Assembly (NCBI GenBank): GCA_963804955.1
Contig: CAWDSQ010000027.1
Span: 1-52,208, forward strand
From: an uncultured delta proteobacterium
Lineage (GTDB): Bacteria; Desulfobacterota; WTBG01; CAIYCZ01; CAIRTM01
Direction: 5' to 3'
DNA length: 52,208 bases
The position numbers and the translations under genes were made by a program. A model generated the notes under the pieces. The model searched no databases and was not told the origin of the DNA. It saw only the letters and a list, made by a program, of their open reading frames with translations. Positions 33,046-44,245 of this stretch are shown one piece after another. The first letter of the stretch is position 1, and the number at the start of each line of letters is the position of its first letter.

Positions 33046-33228
33046 ATTCAGAAAGCCGGCAATCACAGGAGCGGGCCGGCAGCGGCTCCGCCCCTTTTTT
33101 TGCGTCCGAACCGGTCTTTTTACATGCTTTCAGACATGGTGAGCCAGGGAAACAGGTCGGGTTTGCAATTAAAAAACCTTCTCGGATCATCATGATCATA
33201 CCTGCAGAGTTGTTTCTGCAGGGAAGGG

Positions 33229-34260
33229 CTACAGCTTTTTCAGTATAAGCTCCAGCTCCTGCTCGGCATCGCACACCAGCTCATCAAGCACTTCCTTTAC
33301 GGTCTTTATTTCATCGGCAAGGCCGACGGCCTGGCCGGCCATAAGAGATCCTGACTCAACGTTGCCCTGTATGGCCGCTTTGTACAGTCCGCCGATCCAG
33401 AATTCCTCGACCCTGCGCTGCGCCGTTTCGCGGTCGATAGTCCCCTCATCAAGCTCGCTGAGTATTTCAAGCTGCAGCTTGCTGAACTCAATAGTGCCTT
33501 TGTTTTTCAGAGCCCGCACAGCTATGACCGGCAGCCGCGAGTCAAACTGCGGTGTTGCCACGGCATCACGCGCCTGGGCTTTCTGGAATGCGGCCTTGAA
33601 GTCATCGTGCACCACGCACTCGGACGTCATGATAAAACGGGTGCCGATTTGAATGCCCGCGGCCCCCATGAGCAGCAGGTGGGCCATCATTTTGCCGCGC
33701 GCAATGCCGCCGGCTATAAATATGGGAATGGTCTCACTGTATTCAAACAGTATCTGCTGCCAGAGAATAGGGCCGGCAACCGGGCCGATATGCCCGCCGG
33801 CCTCCATGCCTTCGAGTATGAGACCGTCTACACCATGGTTTATCATTCGTTTTGCAAGGGCATCGGTCGAGGCGAACACAAGCACTTTAGCTCCCGATGC
33901 TTTTGCTTTGTCTATCTCCTGCTCTTTGGGCAGGCTGCCCGCAAAGATGATAACCCCAAGGTTAGCGTTTATGGCCACATCCAGATGCGCTTTATAATTG
34001 GGGGAAACGGTTATAAGGTTGACGGCAAAAGGCTTATCAGTCAGGTTGCGTGTCGACTGTATCTGACGCTCAAGCTCCACGCCCGCCATATTGCCGCAGG
34101 CAAGGCTGGCAAAGGCACCCTCATTGCAGACCTTTGATACCAGGTTCGGATCACTGACCCAGGTCATGGCGCCGCACATGATGGGAAATTGCACGCCCAG
34201 CAAATCCTGGCCGCGCTTCCACAGCTTGTCAAGCAGGGCTGCCTTGCATGTTTTCTGCAT
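33229..34260 (-). CDS. Nitronate monooxygenase / enoyl-ACP reductase FabK family
   Basis: EGMEAGGHIG, AGGI, GIQIGTRF, LMAGQ. Confidence 0.88.
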   Translation of the reverse strand: MQKTCKAALLDKLWKRGQDLLGVQFPIMCGAMTWVSDPNLVSKVCNEGAFASLACGNMAGVELERQIQSTRNLTDKPFAVNLITVSPNYKAHLDVAINANLGVIIFAGSLPKEQEIDKAKASGAKVLVFASTDALAKRMINHGVDGLILEGMEAGGHIGPVAGPILWQQILFEYSETIPIFIAGGIARGKMMAHLLLMGAAGIQIGTRFIMTSECVVHDDFKAAFQKAQARDAVATPQFDSRLPVIAVRALKNKGTIEFSKLQLEILSELDEGTIDRETAQRRVEEFWIGGLYKAAIQGNVESGSLMAGQAVGLADEIKTVKEVLDELVCDAEQELELILKKL

Positions 34261-34598
34261 TGTCTCCTCCCTTACAAAGCCTTGCTATGCGTGTACTCAT
34301 AGCAAGGCATATGGCATTTTCATGCATCAATTGTATCGAACAGAATTATAATGGCTACAGTTTTTGTCAAAAAGTTAATTATCCCTTACAAATATAACAC
34401 TGTAGCCGCAAAAACAAAATGTTTGTTTGCTCTCTTTTTTACATGGCCATCAACAATAAAACATGGCAGAGGCATGGTTCTCCCCCTCTCTGCTCAGTGG
34501 TGGTTTCAGTCAAGAATGTCAGGTTGAGCGCCTTTTTATGTATGCCCGGGTCAGAGCAGATCCCCGTGGTGAATTATCGACCCTGCCGGGCTGATGAC

Positions 34599-34632
34599 AA
34601 AAAAAGCCTGCCGGGCTTTCGCCGGGCAGGCC
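34599..34632 (-). terminator. Terminator after the Fe-S gene
   Basis: aaaaaaagcctgcc...ggcaggc. Confidence 0.7.
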
Positions 34633-34652
34633 GTATGGTATAGTGTATGGGA

Positions 34653-35621
34653 TTACGCCAGAGCAGGCATCTTGATGGCAGAGCGCACGCAGTAGATGGT
34701 GCAGGTCTGGCAGCCGCAGCAGATGTTGCTCATGATAGTGTTGCGGATTTCATCTTTTTCATTCACGCTGAGCTTCATAGCTCCAACCGGGCATTCCTCA
34801 AGGCAGGAGCCGCATCCCACGCACAGGTCGTGGTCGACCGTGGGGCACTCGCGCCGGCTCATCGAGATATTGAAAAACTGCGGCGACAGGAGCATCGTCT
34901 CGCGAAAGCGCTTGAGCATGTACTCGGGAGCTATGGGGTTGCCGGAAATTTTGCATGTCTGCATTTTGAGGTTGCGGTTCCAGTTGTCGATAACGCGCTC
35001 GCCGCCGATCTCGACTTCGCCTCCGGGCATATTCTCGGTGGCTTTCTCAACATCGCGCACTTTTATAATGCCCGTGGGGCAGACAAAAGCGCAGGAGCCG
35101 CAGCCGATGCAGTTCTCGGCTTCTTCACCGAAGGGAGCTTCGACTTTTTTGTTCTTGCCATTGCCCGAATAGCTGATGGCGCCGGCCTTCACCACTTCAT
35201 GGCAGCCGCGAACGCACAGGCCGCACAGAATGCAGTATTCGTTTTCCATGGTCAGGTGGTCACCTGGCTTTTCAATGCCGTACTCTGCGGCCAGTTCCTT
35301 AATGATCTTTACATTGGGGCAGCGAGCCAATAGCAGTTCGAGCACAGCCTTGCGGGCTTTCATGACGGCTGGAGAGTCGGTTGAAACATCCATGCCTTCA
35401 GCCACCGGATAGGTGCAGGAGCTTTCGATGCTTGTCATGGCGCCGCTTTTAATTTCAACAACGCACAGGCGGCAGGACCCGTAGGGCTCCACTGCTTCAT
35501 TGGAGCACAGGGTCGGTATATGAATGCCATTGTCGCGGGCTGCCTTGAGAATGGTCTCGCCCTTGGCTGCTTTGATCTTCTTGCCATTGATCGTCAATTG
35601 TACCATATCCACTAACCTCAT
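34653..35621 (-). CDS. NuoG/HoxU N-terminal-like [2Fe-2S] plus multiple [4Fe-4S] protein
   Basis: IPTLC...GSCRLCVVE...SC; CILCGLCVRGC; CIGCGSCAFVCP; CVGCGSCLEECP; CCGCQTCTIYC. Confidence 0.88.
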   Translation of the reverse strand: MRLVDMVQLTINGKKIKAAKGETILKAARDNGIHIPTLCSNEAVEPYGSCRLCVVEIKSGAMTSIESSCTYPVAEGMDVSTDSPAVMKARKAVLELLLARCPNVKIIKELAAEYGIEKPGDHLTMENEYCILCGLCVRGCHEVVKAGAISYSGNGKNKKVEAPFGEEAENCIGCGSCAFVCPTGIIKVRDVEKATENMPGGEVEIGGERVIDNWNRNLKMQTCKISGNPIAPEYMLKRFRETMLLSPQFFNISMSRRECPTVDHDLCVGCGSCLEECPVGAMKLSVNEKDEIRNTIMSNICCGCQTCTIYCVRSAIKMPALA

Positions 35622-35798
35622 ATAAAATTTGCGTTCTGCCTGCAGTCGAGTTTACGAAGTATTTTTAATAGCACACAAAAATTTTCAAAGCAAACAAAAA
35701 TTGGCTGTACAAGGCCACCATACATGGGCAATAATAGCGAAAAAGCAGGGCTTTTTAAAAAAATCACCAACCCTCGGCAAGGAAACGGAGTTGCTGAA

Positions 35799-36430
35799 AT
35801 GAAAGAATCTGTAATTAAAAATATTTATATTGAATTTAAAGAAAAAAAACAATTTACGCTTCCTGCTCATCTTCTTCCTGCCCAGCAGGGGTTCAATCTG
35901 CTGTGCTGGCTGCAGGAGCTGCTGCTCTATTATGAGAAAATCGACCAGATTGTGCGGCCTTTTGATGAACTGCCGCCCCTGCGGCTTTCAAGCCAGGAAG
36001 GGCTCGGGCTTACCGCTCAGGATATACACCGGTTCATCATAAATGATTTAAACCTCATACCTCCCCAGACGCGCCGCAGGATACTCGAGCATGCCGCATC
36101 CCACGGCTCTGCCGATGATGCCTGGCGTGCACCTGCTGCCCATGCTTGCAGGGCTGCTGCCTGCCGCCTCACGGGCAAACCGTTATCGAAGATCTTTCCT
36201 GGCGCTTCAGCCCGGTTGCGGAAATACTGGTTGCTCTCACCTGGATTTTTATGGAGCGTGAGCAGCTGATACCGCCGCGGGGCGTGCACCTCGTATGTGA
36301 CCGGTTTCCGTATTACCAGTGGCTCACCGCAGATGGCAGGCTGAGCCTGTGGGAACCCGAACAGCCCCTGTGCCGCTGGGAGCGGCTGGCTTTTGATGTA
36401 TATGATGCCTGGCTGAAAGACAGGCTGTAG
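35799..36430 (+). CDS. Hypothetical protein (frameshift near 36130)
   Basis: GGAG RBS; two overlapping ORFs. Confidence 0.55.
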
Positions 36431-36613
36431 GCGGTTAGGCTATAGACTGTTAGACTGTAGTCTGTTAGCTAAAGCGAAGCGCAGGCTGCCAGGAGTAGCC
36501 AAGATAGATCAAATCCGCATTGAAAGGCTTTTTTTCTGCACCCTAAAAGCCTATAGCCTAAAAAGCTGCGGCCTTTTTGTTCCTACAGCCTCATAGCCTA
36601 CAGTCTACAGCCT
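36422..36613. repeat. Degenerate 7-8-mer tandem repeats (AGGCTGT/AGACTGT) in two inverted arrays
   Basis: Arrays at 36422-36470 (plus) and 36547-36613 (minus). Confidence 0.75.
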
Positions 36614-36616
36614 TTT

Positions 36617-37186
36617 TTAGGCTCTCTTTAGTGCCGCTATAAGCTCCGTGCGGGTACACAGGGCCGCAACATCAGCTACATGCTTCTCTATCTCCTGCCT
36701 TCCGCCTTCTTCGCGGTCAACAAGCGCAATGACCAGAACTACCTCCAGGCCTTCCGCACGGGCTGCCTCGATGGCCTTAATGGTCGAGCCTCCCGTTGTG
36801 ATGACATCGTCCACAATCACCACCCTGTCGCCGGGCTTCACATCGCCTTCTACGAGCTTTTTCATCCCGTGGTCTTTCTGCTCTTTGCGGATGGAGAATG
36901 AGGCAATGCTTGCGTTATTCAAATAAGCGGTATGCGACACAGCGCAGGCAACCGGGTCGGCGCCCATGGTGAGCCCGCCGATGGCCTGCACGCCACGGCC
37001 TTTAACCATGTCGAACATCAGATTGCCGATAAGATATTTGCCCTCGCAGGCATGCGTGGTCTTGCGGCAGTCGATATAGTAATTGCTCATTCTGCCCGAT
37101 GCCAGCTTAAAGACAGGCTCATCGCTGTATTTGAATGATTTTTCAAGCAGCAGTTCAATCAGCCGCTGTTTCAGGTCTTTTTCCAT
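36617..37186 (-). CDS. pyrE: Orotate phosphoribosyltransferase
   Basis: [28 protein letters not shown]. Confidence 0.95.
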   Translation of the reverse strand: MEKDLKQRLIELLLEKSFKYSDEPVFKLASGRMSNYYIDCRKTTHACEGKYLIGNLMFDMVKGRGVQAIGGLTMGADPVACAVSHTAYLNNASIASFSIRKEQKDHGMKKLVEGDVKPGDRVVIVDDVITTGGSTIKAIEAARAEGLEVVLVIALVDREEGGRQEIEKHVADVAALCTRTELIAALKRA

Positions 37187-37255
37187 GACAGGTCTCCGAA
37201 TAAGTTTTTTAATCGTTTTGTAATAGCGGATTTGGCGGCCGTGCGCAACAAATGT

Positions 37256-37284
37256 TTGACACATCAGGGGAAACTAGCTATAAA
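37256..37284 (+). promoter_or_regulatory. Sigma70 promoter of the tRNA
   Basis: TTGACA-17 nt-TATAAA. Confidence 0.75.
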
Positions 37285-37302
37285 TTTCGGCATGTTTTAA
37301 AT

Positions 37303-37386
37303 GCCCGGGTGGCGGAACTGGTAGACGCAAGGGACTTAAAATCCCTCGACCGCAAGGTTGTACGAGTTCGATTCTCGTCCCGGGCA
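37303..37386 (+). tRNA. tRNA-Leu(TAA)
   Basis: Acceptor stem gcccggg/cccgggc, anticodon arm aggga-cttaaaa-tccct, long variable arm, GTTCGA T-loop; CCA not encoded. Confidence 0.96.
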
Positions 37387-37400
37387 TTGACAGGAAAAAT

Positions 37401-37439
37401 AAAAAGGGTTTACCACAAGAAATGGCAAACCCTTTTTTT
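37401..37439. terminator. Bidirectional terminator
   Basis: aaaaagggttt-acca...tggc-aaacccttttttt. Confidence 0.8.
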
Positions 37440-37491
37440 ATCTCAGGGCACAGAGGGAAATCCCGGGCCCTGCTCTGCGTTCAAAGCCGGT

Positions 37492-37953
37492 TTACTGCAA
37501 AATCTTTTTAAGCTCGGCAAACAGCACATCATTGCTGGGCTTATCGGCAATATCGTGGACGTCGATGTAGCTGATCGCGCCCTTCTTGTCCACGACGAAG
37601 ATGGCCCGCTCGGAGAAGCCTTCACTGCGCAGAACGCCGTACTGCTGCGCAACGGCGCCAAGGGGGTTGAAATCGCTCAGCAGCGGAAAGGAAATGCCGC
37701 CAAGATTTTTTGCCCATGCTGCAAGGCAGGGCACATGGTCGATGCTGATGCCCAGGACCTGGGCATTGAGTCCCGCGAAGCGGTCAAGCTCGGCTTCGTA
37801 GGACGGTATCTGGTTGGTTCAGACGGGGGTCCAGGCAAGGGGGAAAAACGCCAGTACCACGTTTTTGCCCTGAAGCCCGCTGAGCCGCACCTCAGTGTCA
37901 AGATGGCTCTTCAGACAAAAGTCCGGAGCCTGCTGACCTACCTGCAGTTTCAT
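37492..37953 (-). CDS. Selenocysteine-containing peroxiredoxin (AhpE/AhpC-TSA type)
   Basis: AGGAGG RBS, ATG 37953, 153 aa: MKLQVGQQAPDF...VVLAFFPLAWTPV(TGA)TNQ...SERAIFVVD. TGA (37819-37821) occupies the peroxidatic PxxxTxxC position. Confidence 0.9.
37770..37804 (-). promoter_or_regulatory. Candidate bacterial SECIS hairpin
   Basis: gtcc-ta-cgaagc-N11-gcttcg-cg-ggac beginning 14 nt after the UGA. Confidence 0.55.
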
Positions 37954-38039
37954 ATCCACCTCCTGTGCATGGGGTTATGCGCTGTGCGCTTAGTTTTAAA
38001 TTTTTGGAGATAAAAGTTTTTTTATTTTGTACTTACAAA

Positions 38040-38233
38040 CCGCTGCGCTCGACACACAGAGATCACACCGTGTGAACTGTCCCCTCCTGCTGCTGTTAGG
38101 GCAGCAGACAGTCAGCTCTAGATCAATAAAACCGGGATAGTCTCGAAGAATAAAGGAGGGTTTAAAACCCCCATACCTTTATTGAAGGCGGCTATCCCCT
38201 GAAGAAGCGTGTGCACAGGTCAACAGAGCTAAC
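38040..38233 (-). ncRNA. Candidate structured RNA, family unknown
   Basis: Several nested stems and an upstream TTTACT-16-TATATT promoter-like sequence. Confidence 0.4.
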
Positions 38234-38448
38234 AAAAGTAAATATAGCCCAACTTGCAGAAAAGTAAAAGGCGGGAAATTTGAATTTGGGGAAGAAAAGG
38301 CCGCGCAGGCCGAAACGGAAAAACTCTCCTGCTGCCGGGCAAATTCCCGGTTGTGTTACTTCAATACCCCCGCCATGTAAAACAGTTTCAATATTTCAAT
38401 GTATGCTATACTCACAACATATACGCATAACTCATAGAGGAGATTGCC

Positions 38449-38994
38449 ATGCAGAAGATGATTCTATCACTGACACTTGCCGGCATGTGCTGTTTGTGCG
38501 CCTGCTCAACCACAAAGGAGAATGGTATGATGAAACCTCTTGCTGTTGTTCCTTCGGTAAGCATTGAAAAGTACATGGGCACCTGGTATGAGATAGCCCG
38601 GTACCCCAACAGATTTCAGGAGGACTGTGTAGCCACGCAGGTTGAGTACTCGCTGCGGCCGGACGGCAATGTGAAGGTTCTCAATATGTGCCGCGAGAAG
38701 ACTGTCGACGGCAAAGAGAACTCAATTGAAGGCAAAGCATGGTCGGTTGACAAGGAAACCAATGCAAAGCTGAAGGTGCAGTTTTTCTGGCCGTTCCGGG
38801 GTGATTACTGGATCATACAGCTTGATAAAGATTACAAGTATGCCGTTGTTGGCCATCCGAAAAGAACCTATCTCTGGATTCTCAGCAGAACCCCCAGCCT
38901 TGATGAAGCAACCTACAGCGCTATTGTGAAGAAACTCATCGAGCAGGGCTATGATCCGGCAAGGATGATTATCACGCCCCAGAAAAAAGGCTGA
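38449..38994 (+). CDS. blc: Lipocalin Blc-like lipoprotein
   Basis: KYMGTWYEIAR, KLKVQFFWPF, LWILSR; lipobox-like LCAC. Confidence 0.92.
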   Translation: MQKMILSLTLAGMCCLCACSTTKENGMMKPLAVVPSVSIEKYMGTWYEIARYPNRFQEDCVATQVEYSLRPDGNVKVLNMCREKTVDGKENSIEGKAWSVDKETNAKLKVQFFWPFRGDYWIIQLDKDYKYAVVGHPKRTYLWILSRTPSLDEATYSAIVKKLIEQGYDPARMIITPQKKG

Positions 38995-39029
38995 GCCGGC
39001 AGCGGCTGCCGGGAGGATGAGGGCTTAAG

Positions 39030-39512
39030 ATGACAGTGTATGACTTTTCAGCCTGGACATTAAGCGGGCATGAGAAAGCGCTGGCCGATTTCAAGGGCAA
39101 AGTGCTGCTCATTGTCAATACGGCAAGCAAATGCGGCTTTACACCCCAGTACAAGGGGCTCGAGGCGCTGTATGAAAAATACCGCGACCGCGGCTTTGAG
39201 GTGCTGGGGTTTCCCTGCAACCAGTTTCTCCACCAGGAGCCTGACGCGGGCAGCGAGATTCAGACCTTCTGCGAGCGCAACTTCGGGGTGACCTTCCTCA
39301 TGTTTGAAAAAATCGATGTAAACGGCATACATGCCCACCCCCTGTTTCAGTATCTCGCAAAAGCAGCCCCGGGGTTTTTAGGGCTTGGGGCCATTAAGTG
39401 GAATTTCACAAAATTTCTTATCAACCGCAGCGGCATAGCGGTAAAGCGCTACGCCCCGGCGACCCCGCCCGAAAAAATTGAAGCGGACATTGAAGCGCTG
39501 CTGGCAGGGTAA
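39030..39512 (+). CDS. Glutathione peroxidase family, Cys-type
   Basis: VNTASKCGFT, GFPCNQF, IKWNFTKFL. Confidence 0.95.
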   Translation: MTVYDFSAWTLSGHEKALADFKGKVLLIVNTASKCGFTPQYKGLEALYEKYRDRGFEVLGFPCNQFLHQEPDAGSEIQTFCERNFGVTFLMFEKIDVNGIHAHPLFQYLAKAAPGFLGLGAIKWNFTKFLINRSGIAVKRYAPATPPEKIEADIEALLAG

Positions 39513-39762
39513 AACAGTTCCTTTTTTATTTAGACGGGTTGCCTGTTCTGCCATCTCGACCGCAGTTGCAGGGTGCGCTGTGCGCACCGAAAAAAATTAT
39601 ATTGGTGCGCGCAGCGCACCCTGCAGGCTACAAGCCATCAAGGCCTTTCTTGTCCTGCCTCAAACCGGTCTTGCACTAAAGCGATAGTATTAGACCCTGT
39701 ACGAAACTATCAATATCTGCTACAAGATATCTCACTGAGACTGTTCAGAAGTACGGCATAGT

Positions 39763-41995
<2,233 letters not shown>

Positions 41996-42214
41996 GGGTT
42001 CGGGCATTTCACCCGCATACACCGCAGTCTCGGGTGGGGGTGAGTTTTAAGAATGGCGACCCGGGCATTTTCCCGAAGGAATGCAGCGGTTACTTTCGAG
42101 CAGCGTGCGGGTCATTTGGTGATTGCCAAATTGGTTGAGCCTCTATGAGCAGGTGCCTTTAATTTTCAACCGGGTGGAAGATCCCGTGTGCGGCTCATGT
42201 CCGGACCCTGCGTC

Positions 42215-44122
42215 CTAAAGCCCCAGCACATCGCTTTTATCCACAAACATGCGGTGCCACAGCTCAAGCCAGAGAAGGGCCCAGAGCCGGTAGCTGTTAT
42301 CGGCGCGCAGGGCCACATGGTCATCCAGTAACCCCGCAACCGCTTCGCGCTTGAAATATCCCCGCCCGATCGTGCGGCTGTCGAGCAGAATGTCATAGGC
42401 CGGCTGCCGCAGCTCGTTGCGCAGCCACCGGTTGATGGGCACACCGAACCCCATTTTTTTGCGGTAGAGAATCTCGCGGGGGAGCATGGGCTCGAATGCT
42501 TTTTTTAAAAGAAATTTTCCCTGCGCCCCGCGCAGCTTGAGATCGGCGGGCAGCCGTGCGGCAAACTCCATCACCTTGTGATCAAGAAACGGAGAGCGCG
42601 CCTCAAGCGAGTTGGCCATGCTGGCAATATCAACTTTCACCAAAAGATCAAAGGGCAGGTACATGGTCACATCGGCATAGAGCTGCTTTTCAAGCAGCGT
42701 TGCTGCGTCCGACCCGGCATACGCCGTCTCGGTAAGGGCTACCGAGTCATGCCCTGCCATGGCCTGCTTGAAGGCGGAGCTGTACAGGTCGTCTTTCATA
42801 TCGTTTGAAAAATAGCACAGCCAGCGCACATAGCGCCGGGCCGGGGCGTCGCTGATGCCGTTTAAAAAGCGCCTCAGCCTTCGGGAAAAGCTCCAGCGGT
42901 ATTCCCGGTAGGGAAGCAGGTTTGCAGCCAGGCGCAGGCCCTCGCGTACAACCGGGGGTATGCGCGCATAGCGGGCGGCAAGAGCGTCGGCCCGGTACCG
43001 CTCATAGCCTGCAAAAGACTCATCCCCTCCATCGCCGTTGAGGGCCACCGTTACATGCTCGCGCGTGAGCTTTGCCACATAGTAGGTCGGAATTGCCGAA
43101 GAATCGGCATAGGGTTCGTCATAGTGATAAATAAGGTCCGGCAGAATTTTGACGGCCTCGGGCTTGACCACAAACTCGGTATGGTCGGTACCATACTGGC
43201 GGGCGACCATGGCAGCATAGGTGAGCTCATCATAATCCTTATCATCAAATCCGATAGAAAATGTCTTGACGGGCCGGTCCAGAAGCTGCGCCATCACGGC
43301 GACCGTGGCGCTTGAGTCGACGCCGCCGCTTAAAAATGCACCCAGGGGCACATCGCTTCTGAGCCGTATCTTAACCGCCTCGGTGAAAACATGCCGGAGC
43401 TGGTCGCAATAGTCTTCAAGTTTCGGCAGCTGCAGCTTGTTCTGGTAAGAAAGCTGCCAGTAGCGCTCGATTTTTATATCCCCGTTTCGAAGAAGCAGGG
43501 TATGTGCGGGAGGAAGCTTCTGCACGCCTTTAAATATTGTCTGCGGCCCCGGCACATACTGATAGGTGAGGTAATGATGCAGGGCAACGGGGTCTACCTC
43601 GGATTGAAGCGCCGGGTCTTTCAAAAGCGATTTGAGCTCGGAGGCAAAAATGAGGCTGCCGTCAATAATTGCATAGGACAGGGGTTTTTTTCCAGCCCGG
43701 TCGCGGGCAAGAAAAAGCTCCTGACGCCGCGCATCCCATATGGCAAAAGCGAACATGCCCCGCAGCTGCTGCACGCAGGCCGGGCCCAGCTCCTCATACA
43801 GGTGCAGTATCACCTCGGTATCGGTATGGGATTTGAAAACATGGCCGCGGGCCTCCAGCCCGGGCCGCAGCTCTTTGTAATTGTAAATTTCCCCGTTCAG
43901 GACAATGTGCAGCGATCCGTCCTCGTTTGCCATGGGCTGACGGCCGGCCGGCGTTAGATCGATAATGCTCAGGCGCCGGTGCCCCAGGCCGACGCAGCCG
44001 GCAGCAAAAACGCCGCTGTCATCCGGGCCGCGGTGCCGCAGCACATCGGCCATCTGCCTGATGAGGCGCTCGTCGACCTGCCGGGAGCGGTCGAAATAAA
44101 TTTTACCGCAAATGCCGCACAT
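42215..44122 (-). CDS. asnB: Asparagine synthase (glutamine-hydrolysing) family amidotransferase
   Basis: MCGICG, HRGPD, LSGGVDSS, GDGGDE. Confidence 0.93.
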   Translation of the reverse strand: MCGICGKIYFDRSRQVDERLIRQMADVLRHRGPDDSGVFAAGCVGLGHRRLSIIDLTPAGRQPMANEDGSLHIVLNGEIYNYKELRPGLEARGHVFKSHTDTEVILHLYEELGPACVQQLRGMFAFAIWDARRQELFLARDRAGKKPLSYAIIDGSLIFASELKSLLKDPALQSEVDPVALHHYLTYQYVPGPQTIFKGVQKLPPAHTLLLRNGDIKIERYWQLSYQNKLQLPKLEDYCDQLRHVFTEAVKIRLRSDVPLGAFLSGGVDSSATVAVMAQLLDRPVKTFSIGFDDKDYDELTYAAMVARQYGTDHTEFVVKPEAVKILPDLIYHYDEPYADSSAIPTYYVAKLTREHVTVALNGDGGDESFAGYERYRADALAARYARIPPVVREGLRLAANLLPYREYRWSFSRRLRRFLNGISDAPARRYVRWLCYFSNDMKDDLYSSAFKQAMAGHDSVALTETAYAGSDAATLLEKQLYADVTMYLPFDLLVKVDIASMANSLEARSPFLDHKVMEFAARLPADLKLRGAQGKFLLKKAFEPMLPREILYRKKMGFGVPINRWLRNELRQPAYDILLDSRTIGRGYFKREAVAGLLDDHVALRADNSYRLWALLWLELWHRMFVDKSDVLGL

Positions 44123-44176
44123 AAAAAGTTCAAGGTTTAGGGTTCAAGGTTCAAAAGATTAAAACAGCGCCTGCAA

Positions 44177-44212
44177 TAAAAAAGGGACGCACAGTATCTG
44201 TGCGTCCCTTTA
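44177..44212 (-). terminator. Terminator after metK
   Basis: aaaaaagggacgcacag-tat-ctgtgcgtcccttt. Confidence 0.88.
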
Positions 44213-44245
44213 TACATCAAGACAATGCCGGGTTCTATGAAATAA

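Noticed and set aside
29768..33066. Long antisense ORFs over the MCPs, and similar ones over AAA, PBP1A and metK
   Set aside because: Codon-bias shadows of well-supported genes on the opposite strand.
37252..38013. 253-aa plus-strand ORF
   Set aside because: It runs across the tRNA and is the antisense shadow of the peroxiredoxin.
38118..38174. 18-aa hydrophobic peptide MGVLNPPLFFETIPVLLI as a type I toxin
   Set aside because: The SD-like sequence is too close to the ATG and the peptide lies within predicted stems; not supportable.
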